Assembly (NCBI GenBank): GCA_019057475.1
Contig: DXJO01000010.1
Coordinates: forward strand, 43,460-107,459
Length of the DNA stretch: 64,000 bases
Direction: 5' to 3'
Origin: Candidatus Thorarchaeota archaeon
GTDB taxonomy: Archaea; Asgardarchaeota; Thorarchaeia; Thorarchaeales; Thorarchaeaceae
Positions 48,001 to 58,445 of this stretch are shown here, piece after piece. The number at the start of each line of letters is the position of its first letter. Position 1 is the stretch's first letter. The notes beneath the pieces were generated by a model that was given only the letters and a program-made list of their open reading frames with translations, made no database searches and was not told the DNA's origin. The translations under genes were made by a program, and so were the position numbers.

Positions 48001-49596
48001 TTAGCTGAAGCCAGTGAGTGCCCAGTTGATGTGGTATACGGACATAGCGTCCCTACCACAGATGATGTTATCATCGAGATCGACCCTATAGAGCGTGGTT
48101 AATGCGCCCCCGATATAACTCCCGAAGACCCAGAACCAGTCATCGAAGAACACGATGTAGTCGCATCCCCTGTCGTACATGTATTGCAATGTTTCCCGTG
48201 TTGTCATGTTTCCGTGAACAATGTCGGGTGTGACCAGACCTATTATGTCGATGACAGCCCTGTTCCCAAAGAACCTGACTGCTCCTGCATCGCAGATTGC
48301 CAAGACCGCATCCTCAGGAGTATTCTCCGCAATCCACTCGCCGATGGTCACCTGCATGTCATTGATGTTTTTCACAGCATTTCCAAAGGTCTGAGCCTGA
48401 TGCGCGTAGAGCGGCTGCATGGGGACAATTAGGACTCCTATGATGAAAATTACAGTCATAAACCTAGCACTCGTCTTGATGTCGGCATACTTCTTCAAAC
48501 TCAGTGCCCATTCCAACATGAATGCGGTGCTCGTGATTGCGACGACCAAGAATAGTGCGTGGGCGGGAATCAGATATCTAGTGTTGTTCACTAGGGACTG
48601 ATACGGCATTGTAAACCTATAGAGGAGGGTCAGTGACCATGCTACAAGCCAAGGAAACGGCTTCCCTTTGATGGCAAGTACCAGACCGCTCCCGAATGCC
48701 ACCCAGAGAAATGGCCATGAGCGCAGCCAATACCACCACCATATATTCCAAGCCTCTACCCCAGCTTCGGTAGGAAGATGCACCTTCACGTAGAAAGTGT
48801 CTGGAAGTGGATATCCGGTGGCATTCAGGCAGTACAGTATCCACGGGAGAACAACTGCCAGAGAGATTGCACCCATGAGAAGGAATGAGCCCAGTCTTCG
48901 CCAGGATAGTTCGCGATGCCAAACCACCATCAGAAATCGCACAGGAACGCAGATCAGCACAAGGATAACTCCCTCGGGTCTTGCCAGGTATGCCAGACCC
49001 AGAATGATACCAAGAATTGGATCGTACTTGATGTCCTTCTTATCAAGAACGAAGACAGCGAGAACTAGCAGGAAGACGAAGATGGGCGCCTCCATGCCCG
49101 ATAGCATAAGCCAAGTGTTGCCAGGTACTAGCACGAACCCTCCCATTGCCAAAAGGCTCCAAACCGGCTGGCCGGCGTAGTCTTGTGCAATCTTACCAAC
49201 AACAAACGTGGAGGTAGCGTACAAGACTATCGCAATTACGTACGTTCCCCAGATGATGTAGACTGGGTCATCTGTCAGAAAGAATAAGCTGGAGAGGATT
49301 ATCGACCACAAGGGGCTCGTGGAACCAGTACTTGGGACGCCAGGCGAGTACTGCCAAGGGATACCCTCGTAGATGGTCCTTGCGTATTGAATGTGAATCC
49401 ACGAGTCATCTAAAGGGAAACCGGGGTAGGTCCAGAGTTGCATTGTAGAGATGTAGTGAATGCAAGTTGCCAACGTGACGAGGATTGAGAACATCAAGAG
49501 TCCTAGGTCGAGCTTGTGGACAGCAACCCAGTCCATGAACGCAGCTCGAACTCTCAGGACGAGTGCATTCCCGTTGGAATCCGGACTCTCCTCCAC
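48001..49596 (-). CDS. Polytopic membrane protein, GT-C-fold (PMT/ArnT-like) glycosyltransferase candidate.
   Basis: At least 10 TM helices. DD/DE motif (PLDDSWIH) in the first loop. C-terminal soluble domain. Confidence 0.4.
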   Translation of the reverse strand: MEESPDSNGNALVLRVRAAFMDWVAVHKLDLGLLMFSILVTLATCIHYISTMQLWTYPGFPLDDSWIHIQYARTIYEGIPWQYSPGVPSTGSTSPLWSIILSSLFFLTDDPVYIIWGTYVIAIVLYATSTFVVGKIAQDYAGQPVWSLLAMGGFVLVPGNTWLMLSGMEAPIFVFLLVLAVFVLDKKDIKYDPILGIILGLAYLARPEGVILVLICVPVRFLMVVWHRELSWRRLGSFLLMGAISLAVVLPWILYCLNATGYPLPDTFYVKVHLPTEAGVEAWNIWWWYWLRSWPFLWVAFGSGLVLAIKGKPFPWLVAWSLTLLYRFTMPYQSLVNNTRYLIPAHALFLVVAITSTAFMLEWALSLKKYADIKTSARFMTVIFIIGVLIVPMQPLYAHQAQTFGNAVKNINDMQVTIGEWIAENTPEDAVLAICDAGAVRFFGNRAVIDIIGLVTPDIVHGNMTTRETLQYMYDRGCDYIVFFDDWFWVFGSYIGGALTTLYRVDLDDNIICGRDAMSVYHINWALTGFS

Positions 49597-49677
49597 GCTA
49601 CATCCTCCTAAGCTGATGCAGGCTCGGCAGTATCACCAAATTAGTCTTTTGAACCTCACAATGGACGGTCCACATGC

Positions 49678-50907
49678 CTACGCAATTATGGCTTCTCTTT
49701 CGAACAGCTTTGCTCCGATGATCATGAATACAATCGTGAATCCAAGAAGGTATGCGACATTCCCAAGCAGGCCGATGGGCGTGGCAGTACCTGACAGTAC
49801 ACCGTTAAGGAATATTATGGCATGGCTGAACGGAATCGCCAACACAATGAGCCCGAATATACCTCCGTACTGAAGTATGCTTCCAGTGAAGCCTAGGATG
49901 CCTATGACCATTGTGGGGACGAGGAGTATGAGGTTGTTCAAGGACTCCGCTGTGGCCTGGTCCTTGGCAAGGCATGAGATCACCACTCCAATCCCAATGG
50001 CACATAGCAATACCAAGAACTGGACGAAAACTATCAGCGGCACTGTATTCAGGTTGATTGAGTATAGATCGATGTATGCAGTTGCTTCTTGAGGCACAGT
50101 GCTCGTTGCACGAGTGATAACCAGCCAGTTGTACAGAACAATCCCTACAACAGTGAATGCGGAGTAGATAGACGAGAGGAGCATACCTGCAGCAAGCTTT
50201 GCACCTAAAATCTTCAGCCTGCTCATTGGTACCACTAGAAGGGCTTCAAGAGTATGCTTCTCTCTCTCGCCCGCGAAGGATTTGCTCACATATGGCGACG
50301 GTGCTAGAACAGATGTTAGCATGACTAAAAAAATGGCGAGCTGGTGTCCATAGGATGCCTCAGCAGTAGTCGGAACTTCCCACGCAATCCGAAGGTTTCT
50401 CACGATTTGAATAGCGTTTATTTTGATCCTCGAGAACTCAGCCAATCTGGCAGCTGCGGCGGATGCCCGGAAGTTACCAGTATTGACAGCAATCTGGATA
50501 GTGCTATGGTTCGTTGTTTCAAGTATCTGGGTGAAGTTTGATGGTATCCATAACCATACGGATGCTGTCCGGTTATCCCAGAGACTTTGACCAACAGACC
50601 TCTCCACGCGCACCAACTCCTCTATCAGGAGCAACTTGTCTGTCAGGTTGGCATTCTCAAGCGCAACCTGAGTGTCGATGGCGTCGTAGAGGATCTGTCC
50701 CCATCCTCCTCCATCATCAAGAGTGATGTACACGGTTTCAGGCTCTACGGCCTGCTCCACGATAAATCCGAGGAACATACCCTGAAACGTCCAAGCGAAG
50801 AGCGGACTGATGATGAAGCCAAGAAGCAGCCACCGCGAACGGAGAACAGACTTGATTTCCTTCCTTAGAATCCAGACAGTTTTCGAGTCGATTCTCATGC
50901 TCATCAT
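49678..50907 (-). CDS. ABC-2 type exporter permease.
   Basis: N-terminal TM helix, large extracytoplasmic loop, then 5 TM helices. Confidence 0.6.
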   Translation of the reverse strand: MMSMRIDSKTVWILRKEIKSVLRSRWLLLGFIISPLFAWTFQGMFLGFIVEQAVEPETVYITLDDGGGWGQILYDAIDTQVALENANLTDKLLLIEELVRVERSVGQSLWDNRTASVWLWIPSNFTQILETTNHSTIQIAVNTGNFRASAAAARLAEFSRIKINAIQIVRNLRIAWEVPTTAEASYGHQLAIFLVMLTSVLAPSPYVSKSFAGEREKHTLEALLVVPMSRLKILGAKLAAGMLLSSIYSAFTVVGIVLYNWLVITRATSTVPQEATAYIDLYSINLNTVPLIVFVQFLVLLCAIGIGVVISCLAKDQATAESLNNLILLVPTMVIGILGFTGSILQYGGIFGLIVLAIPFSHAIIFLNGVLSGTATPIGLLGNVAYLLGFTIVFMIIGAKLFEREAIIA

Positions 50908-51668
50908 CCCTCGAATACGCCTTCTCCAGTCACAAGCCCCGTAAAGACCTCCTCAAGATTGGCGGCCTTGTACTTCTCCTCAAGCTCATTCGGCTTGCCT
51001 GTGGCTACCAGCCGCCCGTCGTTAAGAATTCCCACCCTGTGACACAGTTCTGATACCTCGTTGAGGTCGTGTGTGGTCAACACAATCGTCCGCTTCTCTT
51101 CTGAGCTGAGCTTCTTCAGGAGGTTCCTGACGACTCGAGCCCCTATTGTGTCAATTCCGGTTGTAGGCTCGTCAAGGAATAATACCTCTGGCTCTATTAC
51201 AAGCGCCCTTGCAACCAGAACCTTCCTTTTCATACCGCCGCTGAACCCCTTGACTTGGTAGTCCTCTTTCTCGCGTAAGCCGACGATGTCCAGTAGTCTG
51301 TCTGCTCGGCGGTGGAGCTCGTCTTCGGGGATACCATATAGGCCACCATAGTAAACGATGTTCTCGCGTGCAGTCAATCGCTCGTAGATCCCCGCTTCTT
51401 GGGGTAGAAGAGCTACTCTTGGCCGGATGTAATCTATGTCCTCGACGACATCTTTTCCCAACACCCAAGCTTGCCCCTCTGTGGGAGTCAAGAGACCCAC
51501 CAGAACGCGGATGAGAGTTGTCTTCCCCGCTCCGTTCGGGCCAATCAGCCCAAAGACCTCCCCGCGGCCTATCTCAAGGTTGACATGGTCTAGTGCAGTG
51601 ACCTCCCTCTTCTTGCCCTTCTCGAAAACCTTGGAGAGGTTCTCGGTCCTAATGACTATGTCATCCAT
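50904..51668 (-). CDS. ABC transporter ATP-binding protein.
   Basis: Walker A GPNGAGKT, signature FSGGMKRK, Walker B LFLDEPT. ATGA overlap with the permease. Confidence 0.85.
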   Translation of the reverse strand: MDDIVIRTENLSKVFEKGKKREVTALDHVNLEIGRGEVFGLIGPNGAGKTTLIRVLVGLLTPTEGQAWVLGKDVVEDIDYIRPRVALLPQEAGIYERLTARENIVYYGGLYGIPEDELHRRADRLLDIVGLREKEDYQVKGFSGGMKRKVLVARALVIEPEVLFLDEPTTGIDTIGARVVRNLLKKLSSEEKRTIVLTTHDLNEVSELCHRVGILNDGRLVATGKPNELEEKYKAANLEEVFTGLVTGEGVFEG

Positions 51669-51693
51669 GATTTGCGCATTCCTGTTCTGGTTG

Positions 51694-52461
51694 TTATTTA
51701 ATGTGGTCTATCTTTGGAAAGGGCGGTTCCCCTTTCAGATCCAGCATGAACTTGTGGGCTCTATCGATGTTCTTGTCCTCTCCCTCTATGAAGAGAGTGA
51801 TGCTACCTTCCGCACCATTGACGCCTCCCGCAGCGAAGGGGATAGCTGAAACATCGAATAGCGCATCAATGGCCTCCATCTCGGTGAAGGCTATGCCCTC
51901 TGGCACTGCTATAACGCCAACTGGCGTTCCAATGGCGTAGTCCCAATCGTCTTTTCCGAATTGGCCAGCGAAATCATCATAGGCGACGGGGATGTTCTTC
52001 TCGAGACCTATCGGCATAATTATCGTGATATTCTTTGAAGCCGCAGTGCCGAGGAAGGAACCGACTGTTCCTCCGGTTGGACTTGCCAGGAGAACGACCG
52101 GAGTGTAGTCTGCATCTAAGGCATTTGCGCTCTTGATAATCACGTCGTCTGGTCCCAACTCCTCTAGGACATCAATGATCTTCTTGCCTTTGAGATGCTT
52201 CCCCTTGTGAAAGATTGCGTCGGAAGATCTGCTCTCAGCTTCGGTTACTGACAATCCCTGAGGCAAAACCACACCAGCTATGTGTCGTGTCTTGTCGTAT
52301 TCTCCTAGTATCTCTTCCACGAGATAGGAGGAGGTTGTACCCAGAGTCACGCAGAGGTAACCGTTCTTCAGGGCTTCCTTAACCGTATCTGTGGCAAGGA
52401 GGCCTCTCGCGATTAGCCTCTTACTCTCGGCCGGTGTCAGTGTCACAAGCAGCTTCTTCAT
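51694..52461 (-). CDS. Hypothetical protein immediately upstream of the ABC exporter.
   Basis: ORF. Start placed at the internal ATG (MKKLLVTL). The long ORF would start at a GTG at 52548. Confidence 0.3.
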   Translation of the reverse strand: MKKLLVTLTPAESKRLIARGLLATDTVKEALKNGYLCVTLGTTSSYLVEEILGEYDKTRHIAGVVLPQGLSVTEAESRSSDAIFHKGKHLKGKKIIDVLEELGPDDVIIKSANALDADYTPVVLLASPTGGTVGSFLGTAASKNITIIMPIGLEKNIPVAYDDFAGQFGKDDWDYAIGTPVGVIAVPEGIAFTEMEAIDALFDVSAIPFAAGGVNGAEGSITLFIEGEDKNIDRAHKFMLDLKGEPPFPKIDHIK

Positions 52462-52605
52462 CGTATCAATCTCCTCGTTATTCTCGTGATGCTGTCCATT
52501 TGAATTTGTAGGCTCCGATTTTCTCCAGATATGGTTATCTTTTTGCACACGGTTCTTGGCGCGCTTCCACGAAGCCTTTTACGAGGAAGCTACATTCCTA
52601 GCACG

Positions 52606-53598
52606 ATGCCCATGGCAGGAACAAGCCTCTTTGACTTGGGAGCTACAGGCGTGGAGAGAATCCTCGAGACCGCACAATCAGTTCTAGAAACCGGTTTCTC
52701 TACGATTGTGAAGCACATGCATACGCTCCGCGTAGTGGGGACCTTCCTGCACAATGCTCCGTCCTACGAACGGACAGTAGCCCAAGCAACCGCAGCTCGG
52801 CTTTATTCTTCTCATATCGACCTGAACATCCACAGAGAATACGCCCTGTCTGATTATGAGCTTCTGAGTGAGATTACCATGGCCAGCTCTGCCACGGATC
52901 TACTGCTGACATCCTATACGGACCCTCAGGCTTTCGGTGATGGACGGCGGCTCACTGAAAAACTCCCGAGTGTCATAGGCAAGCCCATGATAAGTCTGGC
53001 AGACGATATCTATGCCCATCAGTCTGCCCTTGCTGAGCTAGCCTCCGTCCGATATAATCTCGACCGAATTGAGGGTCGTCGCATCGTCATATGTTGGGGA
53101 TTTGGCTCAAGGTTCGTCTTGCCTCGGACACCCCATAGCTTGCTGATTCTGGGTGCTATGCTTGGCGCTGAGATGAGAGTTGCAGCTCCCCCTGGGTTTT
53201 CTCTTGTCAGAAGAGCAGTGCGTGAGGCCCGGAAGCGTTCAAGGACAACGAGCATAGTCATCGAAGAGGTTGACAGCTTCGAGGGCGCTTTCGAAGATGC
53301 GGATGCAGTGTTTGCTCTCAACTGGGGTCGACTGGACAACTTCAATCACCCTGAGCGCAATGCTGAGGACGCCAGTCCATTCAAGGATTGGTTCCTGACT
53401 GGAAACATGCTTCCCAAGAACTGTCTGTTTGCTACAGAACCTCCAGTACAGGATGACCTCATTGCTGGTGGAGAGCTGCTTCAGAGCAATAGGAATGTGA
53501 CCCCGACCTGGTTGAGCCGAAGAGTCGCAGTGTTGGCAGCATCGATTCTGCATGTCCTCCAGAACAGTAAGGCGGACGTTCCGGCCGCTCTCGTATGA
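52606..53598 (+). CDS. Aspartate/ornithine-carbamoyltransferase-fold protein with degenerate catalytic motifs.
   Basis: Colinear with the OTC/ATC fold, but STRTR is replaced by SYERT, HPxQ by AHQS and HCLP by NCLF. Start chosen at MPMAG. Confidence 0.45.
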   Translation: MPMAGTSLFDLGATGVERILETAQSVLETGFSTIVKHMHTLRVVGTFLHNAPSYERTVAQATAARLYSSHIDLNIHREYALSDYELLSEITMASSATDLLLTSYTDPQAFGDGRRLTEKLPSVIGKPMISLADDIYAHQSALAELASVRYNLDRIEGRRIVICWGFGSRFVLPRTPHSLLILGAMLGAEMRVAAPPGFSLVRRAVREARKRSRTTSIVIEEVDSFEGAFEDADAVFALNWGRLDNFNHPERNAEDASPFKDWFLTGNMLPKNCLFATEPPVQDDLIAGGELLQSNRNVTPTWLSRRVAVLAASILHVLQNSKADVPAALV

Positions 53599-53642
53599 CT
53601 CACAGACCTTTTATCATGTAGCCGCACATCCGTTCTACAATC

Positions 53643-54746
53643 ATGTGGCGCTTGCTACGTCCTGATGCAACCAGTGTCTGGAAGAATCCTGAAGCTTTGA
53701 AGAGGCTTCGCCGCTACCGAGGAATCATCGATATGGAGCGGTGGGCAAAGTATGTCCTCTCAAAGGATATTGAGTGTGATGTGGATTTCACTGAACCAAC
53801 TGAAAGCCTGTGGGAACGCCATGCTGCCCTATCAAAGCAGATGACGGAGTACTTGGAGCGGATTGATGGGGGCGGCAAGCGCGTGAGCACTGATGAAGCT
53901 CCTGAAGTCAGCTTCTTGGACCTCAAAGTGGAACTGACGAAACGGATTCTGCAGGAATGTCACTTCTGCGAGCGGAAGTGTGGAGCTGATAGGACGCGCG
54001 ACGAAAAGGGTTGGTGTAAGCTCGGGGCAGAATCAAGAGTTTCGTCGGTGTTCTTGCACACGGGTGAGGAAGCTCCCCTTGTTCCAAGCGGGACCATCTT
54101 CTTTGCATCCTGCTGCTTCGGTTGTGTGTTCTGTCAGAATAGCGATATCTCAACAGACCCAAACTCAGGCTCCGTCGTGACATCAGATCAGTTGGCAGCT
54201 CTTGCAGAGAGGCTATTCCGGGATGGCGCCCTGAACATCAACTATGTGGGTGGAGACCCCATCCCCAATACTCACACGATAATCGCTTCGCTGAAGAACC
54301 AAACATCGAACGTGACCCAGCTATGGAACTCCAATCTCTATTGCTCAGAGGACACAATGAAGCTGCTTGTTGACATCTTTGACGTGTGGCTTCCAGACTT
54401 CAAGTACGGGAATGATGAGTGTGCCTTGCGACTATCAGGCGTCAAGGACTACTTCCCAGTCGTGTCGCGGAATCATCTGATGGCGTACAATCACGGGGAG
54501 GTGATTATCAGACATCTGGTAATGCCTGGTCATCTGGAGTGTTGTACGTTTCCGATTCTGGAATGGATCTCAGAGAATATGCCAAACTGCATGGTCAACA
54601 TCATGGGTCAATACAGGCCCGAGCATCGTGTTCTCAAGGATCCAGAACGATACTCTGACATTGCTCGGGGGGTTTCAAGGGAGGAGATGCAAACCGCCTT
54701 CGATAAGGCCAAGCAATTAGGCATATGCTGGAAACCGGTCAGTTAG
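53643..54746 (+). CDS. Radical SAM enzyme, PflX/activase-like.
   Basis: CHFCERKCG...GWC N-terminal motif and CCFGCVFC (CxxxCxxC). Confidence 0.7.
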   Translation: MWRLLRPDATSVWKNPEALKRLRRYRGIIDMERWAKYVLSKDIECDVDFTEPTESLWERHAALSKQMTEYLERIDGGGKRVSTDEAPEVSFLDLKVELTKRILQECHFCERKCGADRTRDEKGWCKLGAESRVSSVFLHTGEEAPLVPSGTIFFASCCFGCVFCQNSDISTDPNSGSVVTSDQLAALAERLFRDGALNINYVGGDPIPNTHTIIASLKNQTSNVTQLWNSNLYCSEDTMKLLVDIFDVWLPDFKYGNDECALRLSGVKDYFPVVSRNHLMAYNHGEVIIRHLVMPGHLECCTFPILEWISENMPNCMVNIMGQYRPEHRVLKDPERYSDIARGVSREEMQTAFDKAKQLGICWKPVS

Positions 54747-54949
54747 GATATTGAGCAGCTGGTGCAAAGTTGGACACACCTGGACAATTCTATTGTAGTC
54801 TTCATATGGATTGGTGCGACATGCAGTAATGAGGAAATAGCCGGAATTAATGTCAGAAGATACTATCTGTTGCCCAGAACTCGCTCATTTAAAACAGCCA
54901 GAGTGGCATTTAAATCCGCTCGTGCACATACATATACGAGGACTGGACT

Positions 54950-55195
54950 ATGGGATATAAGACCATCTCACTTTCAGAGAAAGCCTATGAGATGCTCAGG
55001 AAGATGAAACGAGAGAATGAGAGCTTTAGTCAGGTGGTGATTAGATTGTCTAACAGGAAGACTCTGAATGACTTCATCCGCTGTATATCGGAGAACTCCT
55101 CAGAGAAGCTCGTAGATGCACTTAGGACGTTCCGTGATGAGAGAGGTAGAGTATGGTCCGAAAGCATGGAAGAGCTACTCGGTGAACAGAATTGA
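54950..55195 (+). CDS. vapB: VapB-type antitoxin.
   Basis: 81-aa ORF whose stop overlaps the VapC start (ATGA). Confidence 0.45.
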   Translation: MGYKTISLSEKAYEMLRKMKRENESFSQVVIRLSNRKTLNDFIRCISENSSEKLVDALRTFRDERGRVWSESMEELLGEQN

Positions 55196-55584
55196 TTGCA
55201 GATACAAGCTTCATCATTGACCTCATGAGGGGAGATAAGGCTGCCTTGGATAAGCTGAGCGAGATAGTTGACAGAGGGCTTGGCCACCACATTGCATCCC
55301 CGACAGTGATGGAGCTTGCAGTGGGTGTTTCAATGGCCGAACTGCCCAGGAAAGAGAGAGAGAAAATCGAGGAAATTATTGAGGGGTTCCAAATCCTTCC
55401 GCTCGACTCGATCAGTGCATGGCGTGCCGGAGTTGAGCTCGGGAAACTGAGGAAGGTGGGAATGCCTCTCGATCCCATAGACGCCCAGATTGCTGGTATT
55501 GCACTCCAAAACGATGATGTCATTGTGACACGAAATCCGAAGCATTTTGAGAGATTTAGAGGGCTGAAAGTAGAAACATACTAG
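55192..55584 (+). CDS. vapC: PIN-domain toxin VapC.
   Basis: MIADTSFIIDL... has an acidic PIN triad. Confidence 0.7.
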   Translation: MIADTSFIIDLMRGDKAALDKLSEIVDRGLGHHIASPTVMELAVGVSMAELPRKEREKIEEIIEGFQILPLDSISAWRAGVELGKLRKVGMPLDPIDAQIAGIALQNDDVIVTRNPKHFERFRGLKVETY

Positions 55585-55832
55585 CGTTCTGGGTTGCAAA
55601 CAGCTGCAGCAAAGTTAGATATATCTGGATGATTCCATTGTAGGCTTTATGTAGACCAATTCGACAGTGGTTTCTGAGGAACATGACACACCTGTGAAGG
55701 GTCCTCACGGAGTAGTCCAGTGACGTTTCCTAGACGTACTAGACTTCAGTGTCCATCTTTGTGCAACCTACAATGAACGGTCATGTCACAAGACTCTAAA
55801 ACCATGATACAGATGAACACCTGTTGGTAGCC

Positions 55833-56066
55833 ATGTGTCTTGCAGTTCCTGGACTTGTCGAGAGCATAGAAGACGACTATGCTGATGTTGACTTTGGTGG
55901 AGTCCGAAAGAAGGTGTGCGTGACCCTGCTTCCTGGTCTTGAGGTGGGCGAGTACGTTATCGTACACACAGGATATGCAATAGAGCGGATGAAACCCGAG
56001 GAAGCAAAGAAGACACTGGCTCTCTGGGATGAGATGGCAGAGATGGCTGCCAAGATGGAGAAGTAG
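55833..56066 (+). CDS. hypC: [NiFe]-hydrogenase maturation chaperone HypC/HupF.
   Basis: MCLAVPG N-terminus and DFGGV...VHTGYAIE core. The tool ORF starts 3 codons earlier. Confidence 0.75.
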   Translation: MCLAVPGLVESIEDDYADVDFGGVRKKVCVTLLPGLEVGEYVIVHTGYAIERMKPEEAKKTLALWDEMAEMAAKMEK

Positions 56067-56148
56067 ATTTCATCCGCGTTTTCTTGGCATCCGGAACTCA
56101 CGGAGTAAGCCTTTTCAATTAGCACGATTCCAGTCCGCCTGATGCCAA

Positions 56149-57003
56149 ATGCCGGATACGCTAGAATCAATCATGGCTGAGCTTCGCGCTCGAATCAATA
56201 CAGAGAACACAAAGACCAAGGTTTCTCCTAAAGAGATTGAGGAGATGAAGTCACACACCGTTGTGGTCCTACCTGCGGGAGGACGAGGATTGCGAATTCG
56301 AAATGAAGCGCAAAGCGGAGATATCAACAAGGCCATGATGAAGATTAATGGATTGAGCATGATTGAGAAAGCAATTCAGGACTATTCGAGCGCTGGCATC
56401 AAACGGTTCGTCGTTCTCACAGGTTTTCTTGCAGAGAAGGTAGAAGAACACTTGGGCGATGGGTCTAGATGGGGCGTTGAGATCAAATACTCGTGTGACC
56501 CAGATGGGCGGAAGGTGGGAAATGCAGGTGCTATCCTGCACGCCCTCAACAACGGATCACTGGACGACACCTCGACAAGCATTATCCATAACCCCGACGA
56601 TGTCATAGTAGGCATGAACCGTCCGTATGGGGATGTGTTCCTTGAGGGACAGGTGAAGGCAAAGAAGAACGGATGTGTGGCTACTTTCGTCGTTGTACCT
56701 GACACTCCATTCCAGTACTCTGGGATGATCATAGAGAACGGACGAGTCAAAGATGTTACCAAATACCCGCCAATTGCGATTCCTGCTCATACGGGAATCA
56801 CCATCTTCGATCCCGAGGTTTACTCCTATTTCCGACGACTTGTTTCGTTGGAGGCTGAATCCTCGTTTGAAAACGTTGTCTGCCCTGTACTGGCTCGGGA
56901 GAAACGACTCTTCGCAATCAACATTCCCTCTGAATGTTGGATTCCGGTCAATGATTTGAAAGGGCTTGAAAAGGTAAAGACTGCACTGAGTCATGCTGGC
57001 TAA
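56149..57003 (+). CDS. Sugar-phosphate nucleotidyltransferase (NDP-sugar pyrophosphorylase).
   Basis: VVVLPAGGRGLR G-rich loop of NTP_transferase. Confidence 0.7.
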   Translation: MPDTLESIMAELRARINTENTKTKVSPKEIEEMKSHTVVVLPAGGRGLRIRNEAQSGDINKAMMKINGLSMIEKAIQDYSSAGIKRFVVLTGFLAEKVEEHLGDGSRWGVEIKYSCDPDGRKVGNAGAILHALNNGSLDDTSTSIIHNPDDVIVGMNRPYGDVFLEGQVKAKKNGCVATFVVVPDTPFQYSGMIIENGRVKDVTKYPPIAIPAHTGITIFDPEVYSYFRRLVSLEAESSFENVVCPVLAREKRLFAINIPSECWIPVNDLKGLEKVKTALSHAG

Positions 57004-57322
57004 TGGAATCACGTTTCGAAATGCCCTCTGAAGCGATTCCATTCGGAATCGCAGATGTTTCAACATGTATCATTCTGATTTACTCCATGTCGCAGCAGTC
57101 GGAACCGTAAGCATCGGCCCTGTGAAGTAAGGGCTATCATGATTATGAGATGAGCGTCCTTGTGGATTGAATGACCGAAAATCATATAGCAGACACGAAT
57201 TGTACCAGCAACTTGGCAACGTCTGATAACCACATTGGCCTCTCTGCCATGCTGGTTGGACAACTGCATCTTCGTGATAACAAGAGATCAAGGTATCTTA
57301 TTCACAAGTAGGAGAAGGTAAA

Positions 57323-58237
57323 ATGAGCAGCGTATTAGTCACAGGGGCAAACGGATTCATAGGCTCACATATTGTTCAGCGACTCAAGGAAGAGAATAAA
57401 GTCATCAGTCTTGTATACAGCACTGTTCCTGGACGAGGGCTGGATACTGCCTTGGAAGGAACAACTGTAATTAATTGCGATATTCGCGATCATCACGCTC
57501 TTCGGCGCATACTGGCAAGATATGAAGTAAAACAGGTCTTTCACACGGCTGCGATTTCTATTGTAAAGACTGCATACTTGGATCCAATAGGCGTATTTGA
57601 CGTAAACGCGATGGGGACTGTCGCTCTTCTGGAAGCTTGCCGCCAAGTGGGCGTTGAGAAGATTCTGGTTCTTAATACAGACAAAGTATACGGCGAAGGT
57701 CTTGATGCCACTGAAGATAAATCCTATCAGCCTAGCGAACCATATGCTGCCTCAAAATGCTGTCAGGGGTTCATAGTTCATTCTTTCATTGATACATATG
57801 ATATGAACATTGTAATGAGTCATTCTTGCAATGTTTTTGGCTTTGATCCCAATTCCAACCGAATTGTTCCCAACGTCGTGAAGTCCTGTTTGAAGGGAAG
57901 AAAACCCAAGATATTCACTAACGATGACTCTGTGAGAGAGTACGTATATGTTGAAGATGTCGTCAGCGCGTTTAAACGATTAATGAATGAGGATGAACAC
58001 CGAGGTTCTCGCAACATATCAACAGGCTGGGTGTACAATCAGAAAGACATAGTCCTCAAGATACTGGAGCACTTCGAGAGCTTGGAGCCCCAGTACGTCG
58101 AGGGTAAAGTGCCATCCCAGATAGACACGCAATCGCTCAAATCGATTAGATGGGATTGGAAGCCAGATTGGAGCTTCGATAATGCCATCAAGGCAACAAT
58201 TGACAAGTTTGCGTTGTACTCCGGTGATTGGAAATAA
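57323..58237 (+). CDS. NAD-dependent epimerase/dehydratase (SDR extended family).
   Basis: VTGANGFIGSH and YAASK. Confidence 0.75.
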   Translation: MSSVLVTGANGFIGSHIVQRLKEENKVISLVYSTVPGRGLDTALEGTTVINCDIRDHHALRRILARYEVKQVFHTAAISIVKTAYLDPIGVFDVNAMGTVALLEACRQVGVEKILVLNTDKVYGEGLDATEDKSYQPSEPYAASKCCQGFIVHSFIDTYDMNIVMSHSCNVFGFDPNSNRIVPNVVKSCLKGRKPKIFTNDDSVREYVYVEDVVSAFKRLMNEDEHRGSRNISTGWVYNQKDIVLKILEHFESLEPQYVEGKVPSQIDTQSLKSIRWDWKPDWSFDNAIKATIDKFALYSGDWK

Positions 58238-58445
58238 TGAACCAATCTCCGAGAGCTGGATTCCAGTAAATGACCTCAAGGGCATCGAGAAGGCAAGACA
58301 GGCTCTTACGCAGGAATAGCAGCTCAAGAGTGAGGGTTCAGCTCTCGTCAACCATATATTTATCCAAGAGGCAATGCTCCAAATACCTTCAGCACAATCA
58401 CTCAACTCTTAGAACAGCATAATATTCTCGGGAGTTTGACTGACC

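Noticed and set aside
56557-57066. 169-aa minus-strand ORF.
   Set aside because: It is antisense to the NTP-transferase gene, which has clear motifs.
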